A stretch of 64,000 nt of DNA, taken from IMG/VR virus record IMGVR_UViG_3300017778_007984, positions 4,594-68,593 of that record. One strand, given 5' to 3'. The notes under the pieces were generated by a model. It worked only from the letters and a program-made list of their open reading frames with translations, was not told the origin of the DNA and ran no database searches. Positions within the stretch are counted from its first letter, which is position 1. The number at the start of each line of letters is the position of its first letter. This stretch comes from a virus (lineage: Duplodnaviria > Caudoviricetes). This document shows positions 6,587-15,581 of the stretch, piece by piece. The position numbers were made by a program, and so were the translations under genes.

Positions 6587-8587
6587 TTAAGAAATTTTCA
6601 CCTGCTCATCGACAATCTTAATGGTATATTTGCGATTTTCTTTGAGTTTACCAATTAGGATTAGCTCAGCGAGGAAGTCCTCAATTTTATCCTGGATAGC
6701 TCGCTTAACTGGACGGGCACCGTATACTGGGTCAAATCCAACTTTTGCGATATACTCTGTAATGGTGGAGTCCATTACAATTTTATATTTCATTTCACCG
6801 ATGCGTTTTGCAAGTTTTTCTAGTTCTAGACCAACGATTTTTTCGATGTTCTCTTTGGTGAGGGTCTCAAAAACGATGGTGTCGTCGATGCGGTTGATAA
6901 ATTCGGGGGAGAAGAAGTTCTTCATCTCTTTCATCAGGATTTGCTTCTTTGCCTCCTCGTTGGAGTACTTATTCGATGAGAAACCAATACCGGCGCCAAA
7001 GTCCTGCAGTTTCTTAACACCAAGGTTGGTGGTCATGATAATCAACGTATTTTTAAAGTTAATCTTGCGTCCCAGGGAATCCGTTGCGTGACCGTCGTCG
7101 AGAATTTGAAGCAGGATGGAGAAGATATCCTTGTGTGCTTTTTCTACCTCATCGAAAAGAATAACCGCATAGGGTTTGTTTTTAACCTGTTCGGTGAGCT
7201 GTCCACCTTCTTCATAACCCACGTATCCCGGAGGCGCGCCCACCAATCTAGAAACAGAGTGTTTTTCTTGATATTCACTCATGTCGACACGAATAAGGGC
7301 GCCTTCAGAGCCAAACATTTCCTTAGCAATTTGTTTTGCCAGGTGGGTCTTTCCAACACCCGTTGAGCCAAGAAAGATAAATGAGCCGATTGGACGATTT
7401 GGGTCTTTGATACCAATACGGTTTCTACGGATTGACTTAACAATCTTTGATACTGCTTCATCCTGACCGATAACATTGCTCATAAGAACCTTGTCCATGT
7501 TTATAAGGGCATTTTTATCGTCGATTGACATTTTGCTAACAGGGATTTTTGTCATGTTTGACACAACATCATATACTTGCTCCACGGAGATGGGAATTCG
7601 AGTGGTGGAGGATGCTTCTTCAAACTTTTTCTTTTCGGAATCGAGTTTCGTTAAAATCTTACGTTCCTTATCGCGAAGCGCTGCGGCTTCTTCATAGTTT
7701 TGTTTTTTAACTACATCCATTTTTTGAATGCGGATTTCTGCGGCTTTTCCCTTGAGTTCCTCAATTATTTCGGGTATTTTTTGTTCGGTTTGACTTCTAG
7801 CTCCCACCTCATCGAGAATGTCAAATGCTTTATCTGGAAACTCCCGGTCGGTGATATAACGGTCAGCAAGCTTTACGCACAGCTCAATGATTTCATCCGA
7901 ATACGATACCTTGTGAAATGCCTCATAACGGTCGCGTACATTGGTAAGAATTTCGATTGTCTCATCAATTGTCGATGGCTCTACGATAACTTTTTGAAAA
8001 CGACGCTCCAAGGCTCCGTCTTTTTCAAATGACTTGCGATATTCATCAAGGGTGGTAGCACCGATACATTGGATTTCTCCACGAGAAAGTGCAGGTTTAA
8101 AGATATTGGAACCATCCAGACTACCCGATGAGTTACCCGAGCCAATTAAGGTGTGGATTTCATCGATAAAGATGATGATATTGGGGTTTTGAGAAAGCTC
8201 CTCAAGAATAACCTTTAAACGTTCTTCAAACTGACCTCGGTATTTGGTACCGGCGACAACAGCCGTTAGGTCAAGGGTAACGATGCGCTTGTCAAGGAGG
8301 TTTTTGGGACAGCTTCCATTTACAATTAACATAGCAAGGCCCTCCACGATTGCAGTTTTGCCGCAACCTGGTTCACCCAATATAATCGGATTGTTTTTCT
8401 TTCTGCGAGAAAGAATCTGTGCGATGCGCACGATTTCTTTTGCCCGACCAATAACGGGGTCAAGCTTCCCTTGCTCGGCAAGTTTATTGAGGTCTCTGGA
8501 AAAATTATCTAGAACAGGTGTTCTAGAATCGGAAGAGGGTTTCTTCCTGCCAAGTGCCTTATCGTCGTCGTCCATTGTTTCGCTCAT
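6587..8587 (-). CDS. clpC: ClpC/ClpA-family Hsp100 AAA+ unfoldase lacking the N-terminal Clp-repeat domain
   Basis: TPVLDNFSRDL, LDPVIGR, Walker A GEPGCGKT and GSTGVGKT, Walker B IFIDEIH and LFDEVEK, UVR-type middle domain (KQNYEEAAALRD), ClpP-docking IGF loop. Probable start MSETMDD at 8587 (ORF track 8611). Confidence 0.92.
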   Translation of the reverse strand: MSETMDDDDKALGRKKPSSDSRTPVLDNFSRDLNKLAEQGKLDPVIGRAKEIVRIAQILSRRKKNNPIILGEPGCGKTAIVEGLAMLIVNGSCPKNLLDKRIVTLDLTAVVAGTKYRGQFEERLKVILEELSQNPNIIIFIDEIHTLIGSGNSSGSLDGSNIFKPALSRGEIQCIGATTLDEYRKSFEKDGALERRFQKVIVEPSTIDETIEILTNVRDRYEAFHKVSYSDEIIELCVKLADRYITDREFPDKAFDILDEVGARSQTEQKIPEIIEELKGKAAEIRIQKMDVVKKQNYEEAAALRDKERKILTKLDSEKKKFEEASSTTRIPISVEQVYDVVSNMTKIPVSKMSIDDKNALINMDKVLMSNVIGQDEAVSKIVKSIRRNRIGIKDPNRPIGSFIFLGSTGVGKTHLAKQIAKEMFGSEGALIRVDMSEYQEKHSVSRLVGAPPGYVGYEEGGQLTEQVKNKPYAVILFDEVEKAHKDIFSILLQILDDGHATDSLGRKINFKNTLIIMTTNLGVKKLQDFGAGIGFSSNKYSNEEAKKQILMKEMKNFFSPEFINRIDDTIVFETLTKENIEKIVGLELEKLAKRIGEMKYKIVMDSTITEYIAKVGFDPVYGARPVKRAIQDKIEDFLAELILIGKLKENRKYTIKIVDEQVKIS

Positions 8588-8666
8588 GTTTTTATAATTT
8601 GATTTAAGCAAAGGTTAGTCAAAAAATGGACATTTCCAAATCCTTGGCATAAAAAAAATTAAAAAG

Positions 8667-8747
8667 GACAAGTTGTCATATTGTCAGGTTATTTATTAGG
8701 GGGTGTATGACAACTTGTCAGTGTTTTGCTTTTGGCATTTGCATTGC
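8667..8747. promoter_or_regulatory. Operator-like 14-bp inverted repeat plus sigma54-like -24/-12 element between divergent clpC and UVR genes
   Basis: GACAAGTTGTCATA (8667-8680) and TATGACAACTTGTC (8706-8719) are perfect reverse complements; TGGCA-N6-TTGC at 8733-8747 has GG and GC separated by 10 nt. Confidence 0.5.
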
Positions 8748-8783
8748 GTATCATAGAAAAATAAAAATTAAAAAAAACAAAAA

Positions 8784-9212
8784 ATGTCAAAAAGAAGAAT
8801 ATTCGAAGATTTGGATTCAATGATAAATTCCTTTTTAAACTCCCAATTTGACCCCTTTGCAATGCGGGACAACAGAAACACTGAAACTGGCAAGGACAAA
8901 CACGGCAACTGGTCAAAAGAAACTTTTACATCAGAGGATGGATTGATTCAATTCACCACCATCTTTAGGGGGGCAAATTCACCCAATCAAAAAGAAAATG
9001 AGTCTGAAATCAACAAGTTAAAAACCCTATTGCAAAAAGCAATTAACGAACAAGAGTTTGAAATGGCTGTTGAGTTTCGAGACCGCATAAAATCCCTGGA
9101 GGAAAACAAAGACAAAATCACCGCTTTGGAAAATGACCTCAAACAAGCAATCAATAAACAAGAGTTTGAAAAAGCAATTGAAATTAGAGATGAACTAAAA
9201 AAACTCAAATAA
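8784..9212 (+). CDS. Tandem UVR (UvrB/UvrC coiled-coil) domain protein, candidate Clp adaptor
   Basis: Two repeats: LQKAINEQEFEMAVEFRDRIK and LKQAINKQEFEKAIEIRDELK. Confidence 0.8.
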   Translation: MSKRRIFEDLDSMINSFLNSQFDPFAMRDNRNTETGKDKHGNWSKETFTSEDGLIQFTTIFRGANSPNQKENESEINKLKTLLQKAINEQEFEMAVEFRDRIKSLEENKDKITALENDLKQAINKQEFEKAIEIRDELKKLK

Positions 9213-9234
9213 CCAATAATACCATGTTTTTTGG

Positions 9235-9261
9235 ACCCCTGGCGAAAGCTGGGGGTTTTTT
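9235..9261 (+). terminator. Rho-independent terminator
   Basis: ACCCCTGGC-GAAA-GCTGGGGGT followed by a T tract. Confidence 0.8.
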
Positions 9262-9274
9262 GTATTTATATGTT

Positions 9275-9952
9275 ATGAACCTACAAGAACAAATATCAAG
9301 AATCAAAGAGGTGATGGTGAAAAATGACATCCACATTACCGTCAAAGAGCAAAAGGTGGACGAGGTTAACTGGGATGATGTTGTTGATATAATTTCAGGG
9401 GTTGCTGATGGAATACCTGGAACAGGTAATTTGGTTTCGTTAGGTTTAGATTTAGGACATACTTTAAGTTATTTTTATCGAAGTTATTATGCAAAGGATG
9501 AATTTGAAAAAATTGAATATGCACTTTTAGGGATAATGACTGCGTGTATGGCTTATGTTCCGGTTGCTGGAAATGCCACTAATATTATATTGAGACAGGG
9601 AATCAGTGGATTACTGAAAAAGACCCCTGACGACATTATCCGTTGGGCAATAAGTAAAGGAATAATAAATTATCGTGTACTTTTTGGTAAAGATAAATTT
9701 AAATATTCTATATTATTGCTCATGGTCAGGCTATTCAAAGATGAAGCTATCGAATATCTTTCAGCCGCAATTAAAAATCTTGGTGCTTTGATGAATGGAT
9801 TGGAAAAATATTCTTATCTGCCCGGAGTTACTGAAGTTATAAAATACATATCAAAAATTGTTAATGTTTTGAAAGACATCAATAATCCAGAACTTATTAA
9901 AATTGCGGAAGAAGTTTTGAAAAAATCAAATAATTTGACAAACTTTGATTAA
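9275..9952 (+). CDS. Hypothetical protein with MNLQEQI leader
   Basis: Start reassigned to MNLQEQISRIKEVM (9275), after the terminator and TATTTATA at 9263-9270. Confidence 0.75.
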   Translation: MNLQEQISRIKEVMVKNDIHITVKEQKVDEVNWDDVVDIISGVADGIPGTGNLVSLGLDLGHTLSYFYRSYYAKDEFEKIEYALLGIMTACMAYVPVAGNATNIILRQGISGLLKKTPDDIIRWAISKGIINYRVLFGKDKFKYSILLLMVRLFKDEAIEYLSAAIKNLGALMNGLEKYSYLPGVTEVIKYISKIVNVLKDINNPELIKIAEEVLKKSNNLTNFD

Positions 9953-9957
9953 GTAAT

Positions 9958-10290
9958 ATGAACCTGCAGGAACAAATCTCAAGAATTCAATCAATGATGG
10001 GAATTATCAATGAGACAAATTTTTTTTTCATAAGAAGAGCAACTCCAGCAGAAATAGCCAGTTATTTCGATGTGTTCGATGACAAAACTTTTGACGAAAC
10101 AGATAACTACGTGGATTATAAATATAATTTGGTGTTGGCTTCGTTGGAACACGTTTTATGGGTTAAATTTGAGTTGGGTTGGGAACAATTACCCGAAAAA
10201 GAAGAAATAGCCTATATTAATCTCGTATCAGAAATTTACGACAATGAAATAAGAAAATTGTATAATAAACATCCAATAAGGCGATTATGA
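9958..10290 (+). CDS. Hypothetical protein with MNLQEQI leader
   Basis: N-terminus MNLQEQISRIQSMMGIINE. Confidence 0.75.
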   Translation: MNLQEQISRIQSMMGIINETNFFFIRRATPAEIASYFDVFDDKTFDETDNYVDYKYNLVLASLEHVLWVKFELGWEQLPEKEEIAYINLVSEIYDNEIRKLYNKHPIRRL

Positions 10291-11186
10291 ATCTACAAGA
10301 ACAAATATTGAGAATACAAGAGGTGATGGGAATAAAACCCACTAAAAAGGTTTATGATTATGAAAAAGGTAGAAATACCGTTCCTGAAAGACTACCATTC
10401 GATGTTGATAAGTTGGTTGACCTTGGAGTTGTTTTTGTTACACCGGCAATTGATGGTGACCCGAAATCAAAAACATATAACGAATGGTTAGACAAACCTT
10501 ATTCACACCTAATTACTTTGATGAATATAAATAAATCGAATAAGGATTCTTGGGTACATAAAGCCATTACTAAAAAAGCATCAACCCAAAAATGGAAAGA
10601 TAATTTTGTTGATAAATTATATGATGGGAAGTACAACCAAATACTATGGAGTTTGGAAAAACTTGGTATAGACCCTATGAGTGTGTTGATTGATGACGAA
10701 TCCGAAGAAGTAAAAGAAGGACTACACGACACATCTTGGGAAAATGAAAAGGGTGATAAGATTACTCTTATTGATTTATTGAATGCCACAGAAGAAATCC
10801 CCGTTCAGAAAATATCTGTTGAGGAATTGAAACCTTATTTATTATCTTGGGATAACGACCCCGAAGAAATTGAAAAAATAGAGAAAGCCGATTTACAATA
10901 CCCCATTTTGATTTTTGTTACATCTAACGGAGAATTCATATCCATTATTGATGGACACCATAGAGCTCAAAAAGCAGCAAGAAAAGGGTTGGAAACAATC
11001 AAGGCAAAGATTATCAATATCGATTGTTTACCAAAACATATCAGAAAAGTCTTTTCTCGTCTTGGTAATCAACAAGAAATGAGTGAAGCTGAAATAACAG
11101 AAAGATGCTGGAAAGGCTACACTCAGAAAGGAATGAAAACTATGTTTGGTAAACGATACCCTAACTGCGTTAAAAAAACAAAATAA
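10287..11186 (+). CDS. ParB/Srx-like domain protein with MNLQEQI leader and C-terminal CWKGY...PNCV module
   Basis: YPILIF...IIDGHHRAQKA is a ParB-N-like motif; ATGA overlap with the upstream gene. Confidence 0.7.
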   Translation: MNLQEQILRIQEVMGIKPTKKVYDYEKGRNTVPERLPFDVDKLVDLGVVFVTPAIDGDPKSKTYNEWLDKPYSHLITLMNINKSNKDSWVHKAITKKASTQKWKDNFVDKLYDGKYNQILWSLEKLGIDPMSVLIDDESEEVKEGLHDTSWENEKGDKITLIDLLNATEEIPVQKISVEELKPYLLSWDNDPEEIEKIEKADLQYPILIFVTSNGEFISIIDGHHRAQKAARKGLETIKAKIINIDCLPKHIRKVFSRLGNQQEMSEAEITERCWKGYTQKGMKTMFGKRYPNCVKKTK

Positions 11187-11187
11187 A

Positions 11188-11430
11188 ATGGGAATAAAAA
11201 GAGAAGAAATCAAAGGAACCATTATCCTTAACGAAATTGAATCCGGAACCATTGTTCGTAGCCAATACGATACGGAAAAGAAAGACATGATTGTGGAATT
11301 TAAAAATGGAACTCGATATCAATACAACGAAGTCCCCCACGCAATCTATACCAAATTTAGAATGGCAGAATCCCAGGGTAAATATTTTTCCGGGGAAATT
11401 GCCAGGACATTTAAATACAATAAACTCTAA
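11188..11430 (+). CDS. KTSC domain protein
   Basis: YDTEKKDMIVEFKNGTRYQYNEVPHAIYTKFRMAESQGKYF matches the KTSC pattern; start reassigned to MGIKREE. Confidence 0.85.
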   Translation: MGIKREEIKGTIILNEIESGTIVRSQYDTEKKDMIVEFKNGTRYQYNEVPHAIYTKFRMAESQGKYFSGEIARTFKYNKL

Positions 11431-11450
11431 CGTTTGCGTATTTATAGAAG

Positions 11451-12203
11451 ATGGCTCAAATATCTACAATTTTAAAAAGTTTTGCTGTTCGTGATACCCT
11501 AAATCCAAAGGTATGGGAAAACCCAGACGACCCCAAAAAAGCAACCCTTAAACCAAAGGTCAAAGAAGCCCTTACAAAAATTGCAAATGACTTCGAAGAA
11601 ACCCTAGCAGAGGAGGTCAAAGTAGATGATGTTGTATTAACTGGAAGCCTATCGAATTATAACTGGTCAGAATATTCAGATTTTGACCTGCACCTTATAA
11701 TTGATTATAAAAAATTTGGAAAACAAATTGTACTTTATAAAGATTTGTTTAACCTAAAGAAGCAACTTTATAATCAAAAACACGATTTTAAAATCTATGG
11801 ATATCCTGTGGAATTATACCCCCAGGATGCCGAAGAAGCACATTTTGCTTCGGGGGTATATTCCATTAAAAATGGCGAGTGGATTAGCAAACCATCAAAA
11901 GAAAAACCACAACTCGAAAGTTTGGTGCTCACCAAAAAAATAGACTCCTGGGTAGATAAAATCGAGAGTCTTATTACCAATATCAAAAAAGAAGGGCTCT
12001 CTCCTAATGAAAAAAATGTGGAAAAACTTAAAGAAAAACTTAAAGATTATCGCAAATCAGGACTAGAAAAAGAGGGGGAATATTCCTACGAAAATCTTGT
12101 TTTTAAATACTTGCGTAGGTCCGGACTTTTGGAGAAATTATACGATACTGTCAACCGACAAACCGATAAAGAGTTGTCTGTTGAGGTAAAAATGTTGGAT
12201 TAA
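11451..12203 (+). CDS. Pol-beta superfamily nucleotidyltransferase
   Basis: VVLTGSLSNYNWSEYSDFDLHL (GS...DxD) and a third acidic residue in YPVELY. Confidence 0.75.
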   Translation: MAQISTILKSFAVRDTLNPKVWENPDDPKKATLKPKVKEALTKIANDFEETLAEEVKVDDVVLTGSLSNYNWSEYSDFDLHLIIDYKKFGKQIVLYKDLFNLKKQLYNQKHDFKIYGYPVELYPQDAEEAHFASGVYSIKNGEWISKPSKEKPQLESLVLTKKIDSWVDKIESLITNIKKEGLSPNEKNVEKLKEKLKDYRKSGLEKEGEYSYENLVFKYLRRSGLLEKLYDTVNRQTDKELSVEVKMLD

Positions 12204-12270
12204 TCTTTTGTTTGATATTTATTTATTAAGTTAATTATAAAACGAGCAATATTTATAGAAAAAAAAGTCC

Positions 12271-13122
12271 ATGGCGTTGAATTATTTTATTGGAATTTCT
12301 TGTACGGGGCAACCCTTCAGATATTTAGCTACTCAAGATACTATTGTTTCGGGTAAAATTTATGAATTATTAGCAGGGTCAACAAACATTGGTTGTTGGA
12401 CCCTAACTTCTTTTGATGAAACTCCACTAGCCCAAGTTGTTACTGTATTTAATGGCCCATGGGAAAACTGTGTTGATTGTCTTGGGGACTTGACACCAAC
12501 GCCAACGGAATCACCTACCTCCACACCCACACTAACACCAACAAATACCCCCACAAAAACGGTAACACCAACAAATACCGCAACTCAAACTCAAACTCCA
12601 ACCCCAAGTATAACATCATCTGCAACTGCAACTCCAACAAATACTCAAACACCAACACCAAGTGTTACTAATACTCAAACACCAACACCAAGTGTTACTA
12701 ATACTCAAACACCAAGTTCGACCCAAACACCAACACCAAGTGTTACTAATACTCAAACACCAACACCAAATGTTACTAATACTCGAACACCAACACAAAC
12801 TCCAACAGTTACAAATACTCAAACTATTACACCGACTAATACAACAACACCTACCAATACACCAACCCCTAGTATAACTGCTAGTCCTACTACAACAGGA
12901 ACTGCAACTCCTACTCCAACATCAACAAGTTTTGGGGTATTTGATGTAAACGTACAATATGAAGCCGAGGCTTGTGTAGATTGTCCAGACACATCACCAA
13001 CAGTTGTTCCATACCCGCACCCAGCCGACTGGGTTCCAGTTGGGCCTGATGGTGGGAAACAAGGAACTGTAATCGATTTGAGTGCGGTACAACTTGGTGG
13101 AATGCACGGCCTTAACAATTAA
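12271..13122 (+). CDS. Thr/Pro-rich repeat protein with Cys-containing terminal domains, probable virion protein
   Basis: About 150-aa TP-rich core between CWTL...CVDCL and CVDCP ends; TATTTATA upstream. Confidence 0.75.
   Translation: MALNYFIGISCTGQPFRYLATQDTIVSGKIYELLAGSTNIGCWTLTSFDETPLAQVVTVFNGPWENCVDCLGDLTPTPTESPTSTPTLTPTNTPTKTVTPTNTATQTQTPTPSITSSATATPTNTQTPTPSVTNTQTPTPSVTNTQTPSSTQTPTPSVTNTQTPTPNVTNTRTPTQTPTVTNTQTITPTNTTTPTNTPTPSITASPTTTGTATPTPTSTSFGVFDVNVQYEAEACVDCPDTSPTVVPYPHPADWVPVGPDGGKQGTVIDLSAVQLGGMHGLNN
12640..12790 (+). repeat. Coding 30-bp tandem repeat (AATACTCAAACACCAACACCAAGTGTTACT) encoding NTQTPTPSVT
   Basis: Two adjacent exact copies at 12640-12699 plus partial and variant copies; in frame; no spacers. 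Confidence 0.85.
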
Positions 13123-13142
13123 AAATTAATAAACAAAAAAAC

Positions 13143-14321
13143 ATGGCAAAATTAAAAGCAATCGGCAGCGAAAAACTCGAAGGAGCCGATAAACTAAAAA
13201 GAATTATGGAAATTGCCACCTATCGGATGCCTTTAACCAGCATCAACGAAAAGGCATCTGAATATTCCATAAACCTATCCGATGGGATGGATTATCACAT
13301 TGTAAAAGAAAAACAAGGTTACATTCTAAAAAAAGGTATTAATGAATCAACTCTTGATTACATGGAACCAATGAAGAATAGAAAGTATTTTTCTTCATAC
13401 GCACAAGCTCTTAGAAAGTTAAACTTGATTATCAAAGAGAACAATGAACTTAACGGACAAAGTGAGGAACTTAAATTGTTTGGAGAACAAAAAAAGTTTG
13501 TTCTTAAAACACCAACCCCTCCAGCACCTGTAGCTGAGTTACCGGCAGTTCCTGCTGAACCAGCAGTGCTTCCTGAACCAGAATTACCCTCGGTAGATGG
13601 TGAAACTGATGATATGGGTATGGATTTGGGGATGGATGTTGATATGAACGCAGACACCTCCATGGAAGAACCTGTTGGTATGGAACAAGATATGGAAGAG
13701 AAAGTTTCTTTTAAACTTATTCAAAAATTGACAGGTAAGCTAACTCAAAAAATGAGAGCTTTGGAGTCTCAGGATGGTATGAGTTCTGAGGACATTAAAT
13801 ATGTTGTTAATATGGTGCTTTCTGCTGTCGATTTGACTAAACTTGAACCAGAAGATATGGAAGATATAATGGCTAAGTTTGAAGATGTTGAGGCTGATGT
13901 TGATATGGACTCTGATATGGGAATGGATTCGGATATGGAGATGGATTTAGACTTTGATGCTGAAACTAGTTTAGAAGAACCAATGGAAGGTATGGGTTCT
14001 GAAGATTATGATTTTGAGATGTCAATGAACGAAAGTAAAATTGATAAAGTATTAAGCAAATATTTTGAAGTTAGTTCTTCTGAAATCGAACATTCAAAAA
14101 AATTGTTTGAAGAAAGACAAGGAGTTTCTACAACTAAATTTAGCTTTACAATTAATAAAGTTGAAAATTTATCAGAAACACTCGAACAGGAACTTGCTAG
14201 TAAAAAATTCTTGGAAGAAAATAAAGGATTTGAATTCGTTGGTAGAACCAATAAAAAAAATCTTATATTCGAAAGTAAAAATAAACAAGTAAAAATTACT
14301 ACCGAAGGAATTGTTCAATGA
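13143..14321 (+). CDS. Acidic hypothetical protein, probable prohead core component
   Basis: D/E/M-rich segments, many I/L-x-E motifs, upstream of terminase and portal. Confidence 0.6.
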   Translation: MAKLKAIGSEKLEGADKLKRIMEIATYRMPLTSINEKASEYSINLSDGMDYHIVKEKQGYILKKGINESTLDYMEPMKNRKYFSSYAQALRKLNLIIKENNELNGQSEELKLFGEQKKFVLKTPTPPAPVAELPAVPAEPAVLPEPELPSVDGETDDMGMDLGMDVDMNADTSMEEPVGMEQDMEEKVSFKLIQKLTGKLTQKMRALESQDGMSSEDIKYVVNMVLSAVDLTKLEPEDMEDIMAKFEDVEADVDMDSDMGMDSDMEMDLDFDAETSLEEPMEGMGSEDYDFEMSMNESKIDKVLSKYFEVSSSEIEHSKKLFEERQGVSTTKFSFTINKVENLSETLEQELASKKFLEENKGFEFVGRTNKKNLIFESKNKQVKITTEGIVQ

Positions 14322-14713
14322 GATATCTAACTTTTATTAATGGGCTAGGTCCTGATTATAAGGGTGACAATCTCTATGAATTTATTTTTTCAGAAAATTT
14401 AGATGTTTGGGGCGATACTTGGGAAGCAGCTCCCGCAAATGGGTACCCATCACCTCCAAACATAGACAACATTCAAAAAGTTGGTGTGTTGCGGAAATCA
14501 AATATTAAATTAGAATTAGCACAAAATTCCGATTACTTCAGTATGTCCGATGCCATGGACGGAGTTGTCGCTTTAGGTTGGGAAATTGGTGAATATGAAG
14601 AAAATAATAGATTGGTTTTCCGTTTTGGACAAGAAGAAGATTCAGTAAAAGATAAATTATACGAGAAAGATTTGATTCTCGAATTTGAAAAAAATGTTGT
14701 GTATGAAAACTAA
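14318..14713 (+). CDS. Hypothetical protein (head module)
   Basis: ATGA overlap with the upstream gene. Confidence 0.75.
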   Translation: MRYLTFINGLGPDYKGDNLYEFIFSENLDVWGDTWEAAPANGYPSPPNIDNIQKVGVLRKSNIKLELAQNSDYFSMSDAMDGVVALGWEIGEYEENNRLVFRFGQEEDSVKDKLYEKDLILEFEKNVVYEN

Positions 14714-15581
14714 AGATAAAATTATTCAATTAGTTGAATTAGGGCTATCCCCCGAAACAATTTATAAGTTAAACGAAAATCAAATTGATGTTTTACTCAA
14801 GAAAATTTTTTTAACTGAACAGGGTGCTGTTATGATTTCTGCCGATAAAGCATCAAGTGACCCTCAAAAATTAAAAGACTTAACCTCAAGAGGAATTAAT
14901 GTTCGAATTGAAGGTGAAGTTGCTGAGGATAATGTTGATGTCATGGGTTCAGCCATGGGTGGTGCAACAACACAAGCTCCACACCAAATAATGTCTCCAG
15001 ATGGAATGAGTGATGATAGCGATGCTCAGATTGACAAATATGAAGATATGACTGAAGCTGAGAATAAGGATGAAAACAATCCTTGGGCTATCTGTCATTC
15101 TCAGCTTGGTCCAAAAAAAACCGCAAAATTTGAACGATGTGTTAAAGCCGTTAAAAAAAGTTTAAAAGAAGGAACCTCTCCCATGGATTTTTTCTTTGAG
15201 GAAAAAATCGTATCTTTGGTTGAGAATTATTTAGAACCCAAGATGACAAAAGAAGAATTTCTAGAAACCGTTGCCGAACAAGGTGTTATACGTCGCTCCG
15301 TTTATAAACCTAAATCAAAAAAAGGGAAATCTGCAAGAGTGAGTAGACCAATTGCTGATTTAGGGATGTTGCAGTCAATGAAAGAAGCTGACACTGAAAC
15401 AACTCCAGTTAAGCCAACAACTAAGCCTAACACCAAACCTACTATTAGACCTGCCCACCCTGGTAAAAAACCTTTTGAGGGTCCAAATCCAGGTCCTAAG
15501 GCCTCAAAAAAAGAAATCGAACAAGCTAAAAATGACGTATTGAAATTAATACAGGGAATCCTTCGTGATGGCAAAAAATAG
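14703..15581 (+). CDS. Hypothetical protein with small Cys module (NPWAIC...KFERCV)
   Basis: Probable start MKTKDKII at 14703; operon-like overlaps. Confidence 0.7.
   Translation: MKTKDKIIQLVELGLSPETIYKLNENQIDVLLKKIFLTEQGAVMISADKASSDPQKLKDLTSRGINVRIEGEVAEDNVDVMGSAMGGATTQAPHQIMSPDGMSDDSDAQIDKYEDMTEAENKDENNPWAICHSQLGPKKTAKFERCVKAVKKSLKEGTSPMDFFFEEKIVSLVENYLEPKMTKEEFLETVAEQGVIRRSVYKPKSKKGKSARVSRPIADLGMLQSMKEADTETTPVKPTTKPNTKPTIRPAHPGKKPFEGPNPGPKASKKEIEQAKNDVLKLIQGILRDGKK

Noticed and set aside
6621-8597. Several plus-strand ORFs inside clpC (and similar antisense ORFs inside portal, scaffold, capsid and glycan genes)
   Set aside because: They are antisense shadows of well-supported genes with no recognisable motifs.
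9224-9274. N-terminal extension of ORF 9224-9952
   Set aside because: It spans the upstream terminator and TATTTATA motif; the MNLQEQI start matches two paralogous leaders.
12640-12790. Tandem repeats as a CRISPR array
   Set aside because: The units are adjacent with no spacers, are in frame and encode Thr/Pro peptides; no cas genes are present.
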